DNA of 64,000 nt, taken from NCBI GenBank assembly GCA_964247055.1, contig OZ176051.1, forward strand, positions 5,332,001 to 5,396,000, written 5' to 3'. This DNA comes from Paragordius varius. Its lineage: Eukaryota; Animalia; Nematomorpha. Below the pieces are notes generated by a model. It saw only the letters and a list, made by a program, of their open reading frames with translations, did no database searches and had not been told where the DNA came from. Every line of letters starts with the position of its first letter. Position 1 is the stretch's first letter. Of the stretch, positions 63,201 through 64,000 are shown one piece after another. Position numbers and translations under genes: made by a program.

Positions 63201-63815
63201 AAAAATTATTTTATCATCGAATTAAATGTGTGTAAACACAGATTTTAAACTGGCGCTAAAATAATTTTCAATTGCCACTTGCTCAGAATTCATTAAAAAA
63301 TTTCCTTTCTTCAAAAATAAAAATCATATTTAGTAATTTTGGCACAAAACAAAATAACAAACTTTACCATTTTCAAAATTAATTATACCGTTATTAACAC
63401 AAAAAATAAATTATATCATTATAAAATTCCTAAAAAATTAAAAATATGTATAAATTGATCATAAACATTCAATATTTTTTGAAATGATCATTTGATTACC
63501 GAATCCCCAAATTTACAAAGACAACTTTCATTAATATTCATAAAAAACTTTGGAAATGTGCCTATATGTGTGCCCTAATTAAAAACTTTTAAAATTCAAA
63601 AAACTTATGAAACACTTTATCGGGTAAAAATCATGCTATTATAAAGTTTACTAACTTGTTTTGAGCAAATATTGTTCAAGATTATGCCAAAGGGTTAATT
63701 CACACCCCATTTTCCCGACCGTGCCATCATCAACTAAAAGGAAATAGCCATGATGACTATTCAGCGCAAATGTGTTGGGTGAATGAGGCATTATCGAATA
63801 ATATTGCACAGTTTT
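42239..63815 (-). CDS. TRPM: TRPM cation channel (TRPM1/3/6/7-like), >30 exons, 5' end outside the window
   Basis: Ordered motifs: [18 protein letters not shown] (63656-63815), [181 protein letters not shown]. The exact last exon is uncertain. Confidence 0.95.
43684..43930. mobile_element. MITE family A
   Basis: TIR tacggacaaaacgt/acgttttgtccgta with TA flanks. Confidence 0.75.
47058..47349. mobile_element. MITE family A
   Basis: Same TIR core with TA flanks. Confidence 0.7.
50400..50600 (+). mobile_element. LINE (RTE-like) extreme 3' fragment
   Basis: [18 protein letters not shown]...[12 protein letters not shown] resembles the RGRPK.TW...DR..WR C-terminus. Confidence 0.55.
58575..58651. 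mobile_element. hAT terminal remnant
   Basis: tgcggcccgcc...gttggaaacctccg resembles the reverse complement of the 5409 TIR (caggggtttccaac). Confidence 0.35.
60619..60916. mobile_element. MITE family A
   Basis: ta-cagtaaac...tacggacaaaacgt ... ttgtccgtaaa...ttactg-ta. Confidence 0.75.
62620..63010 (+). mobile_element. RTE-like LINE 3' fragment in a TRPM intron
   Basis: [22 protein letters not shown]...WTNKIL and [11 protein letters not shown] in shifted frames. Confidence 0.75.
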
Positions 63816-64000
63816 CTATCATACCAAATAACATATGAATGGAAACATGCATAAATTTTTAAGTTAATTTATAATTATTAGTGTTTTGGATTTATTAATT
63901 ATTAAATCGAGATTATATTGATTTAGAATTTGTCTGCCAAAAAATATATAAAATAAGGATAATTAATGATAAATCAAAATATATTAAAGATAATATAAAA

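Overview
Very AT-rich animal nuclear DNA in which 21-25 nt spliceosomal mini-introns coexist with transposon-inflated introns. The taxon cannot be fixed from the sequence; this style is known from reduced parasitic metazoans. Genes: a tightly packed Elongin C (-), intronless HMBS (-) and 14-exon UBA3 (+) cluster at 7.1-15.1 kb; a long TRPM1/3/6/7-type channel gene (-) from 42.2 kb to beyond the right edge, with two very large low-complexity insertions; and a 5'-only GH35 beta-galactosidase fragment at about 31.9-32.3 kb. The segment from UBA3 intron 6 to a TRPM transmembrane exon occurs twice (10988-17110 and 32276-46262). One copy preserves the empty sites of a very young minimal Gypsy retrotransposon (37377-41848) and of a TA-flanked MITE. 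The 15 kb between the copies is the least explained part. It holds a GC-rich island with two 17-nt intron-like segments and a ~200-nt fold-back hairpin, an alternating-orientation satellite complex, a ~200-bp tandem repeat, and a promoter-like island followed by a mini-intron-containing, apparently non-coding or small-ORF transcript. hAT (Buster-type) relics, RTE-like LINE fragments and a Tc1/mariner-type MITE family are scattered throughout. All alignments and counts were done by eye; no searches were run.
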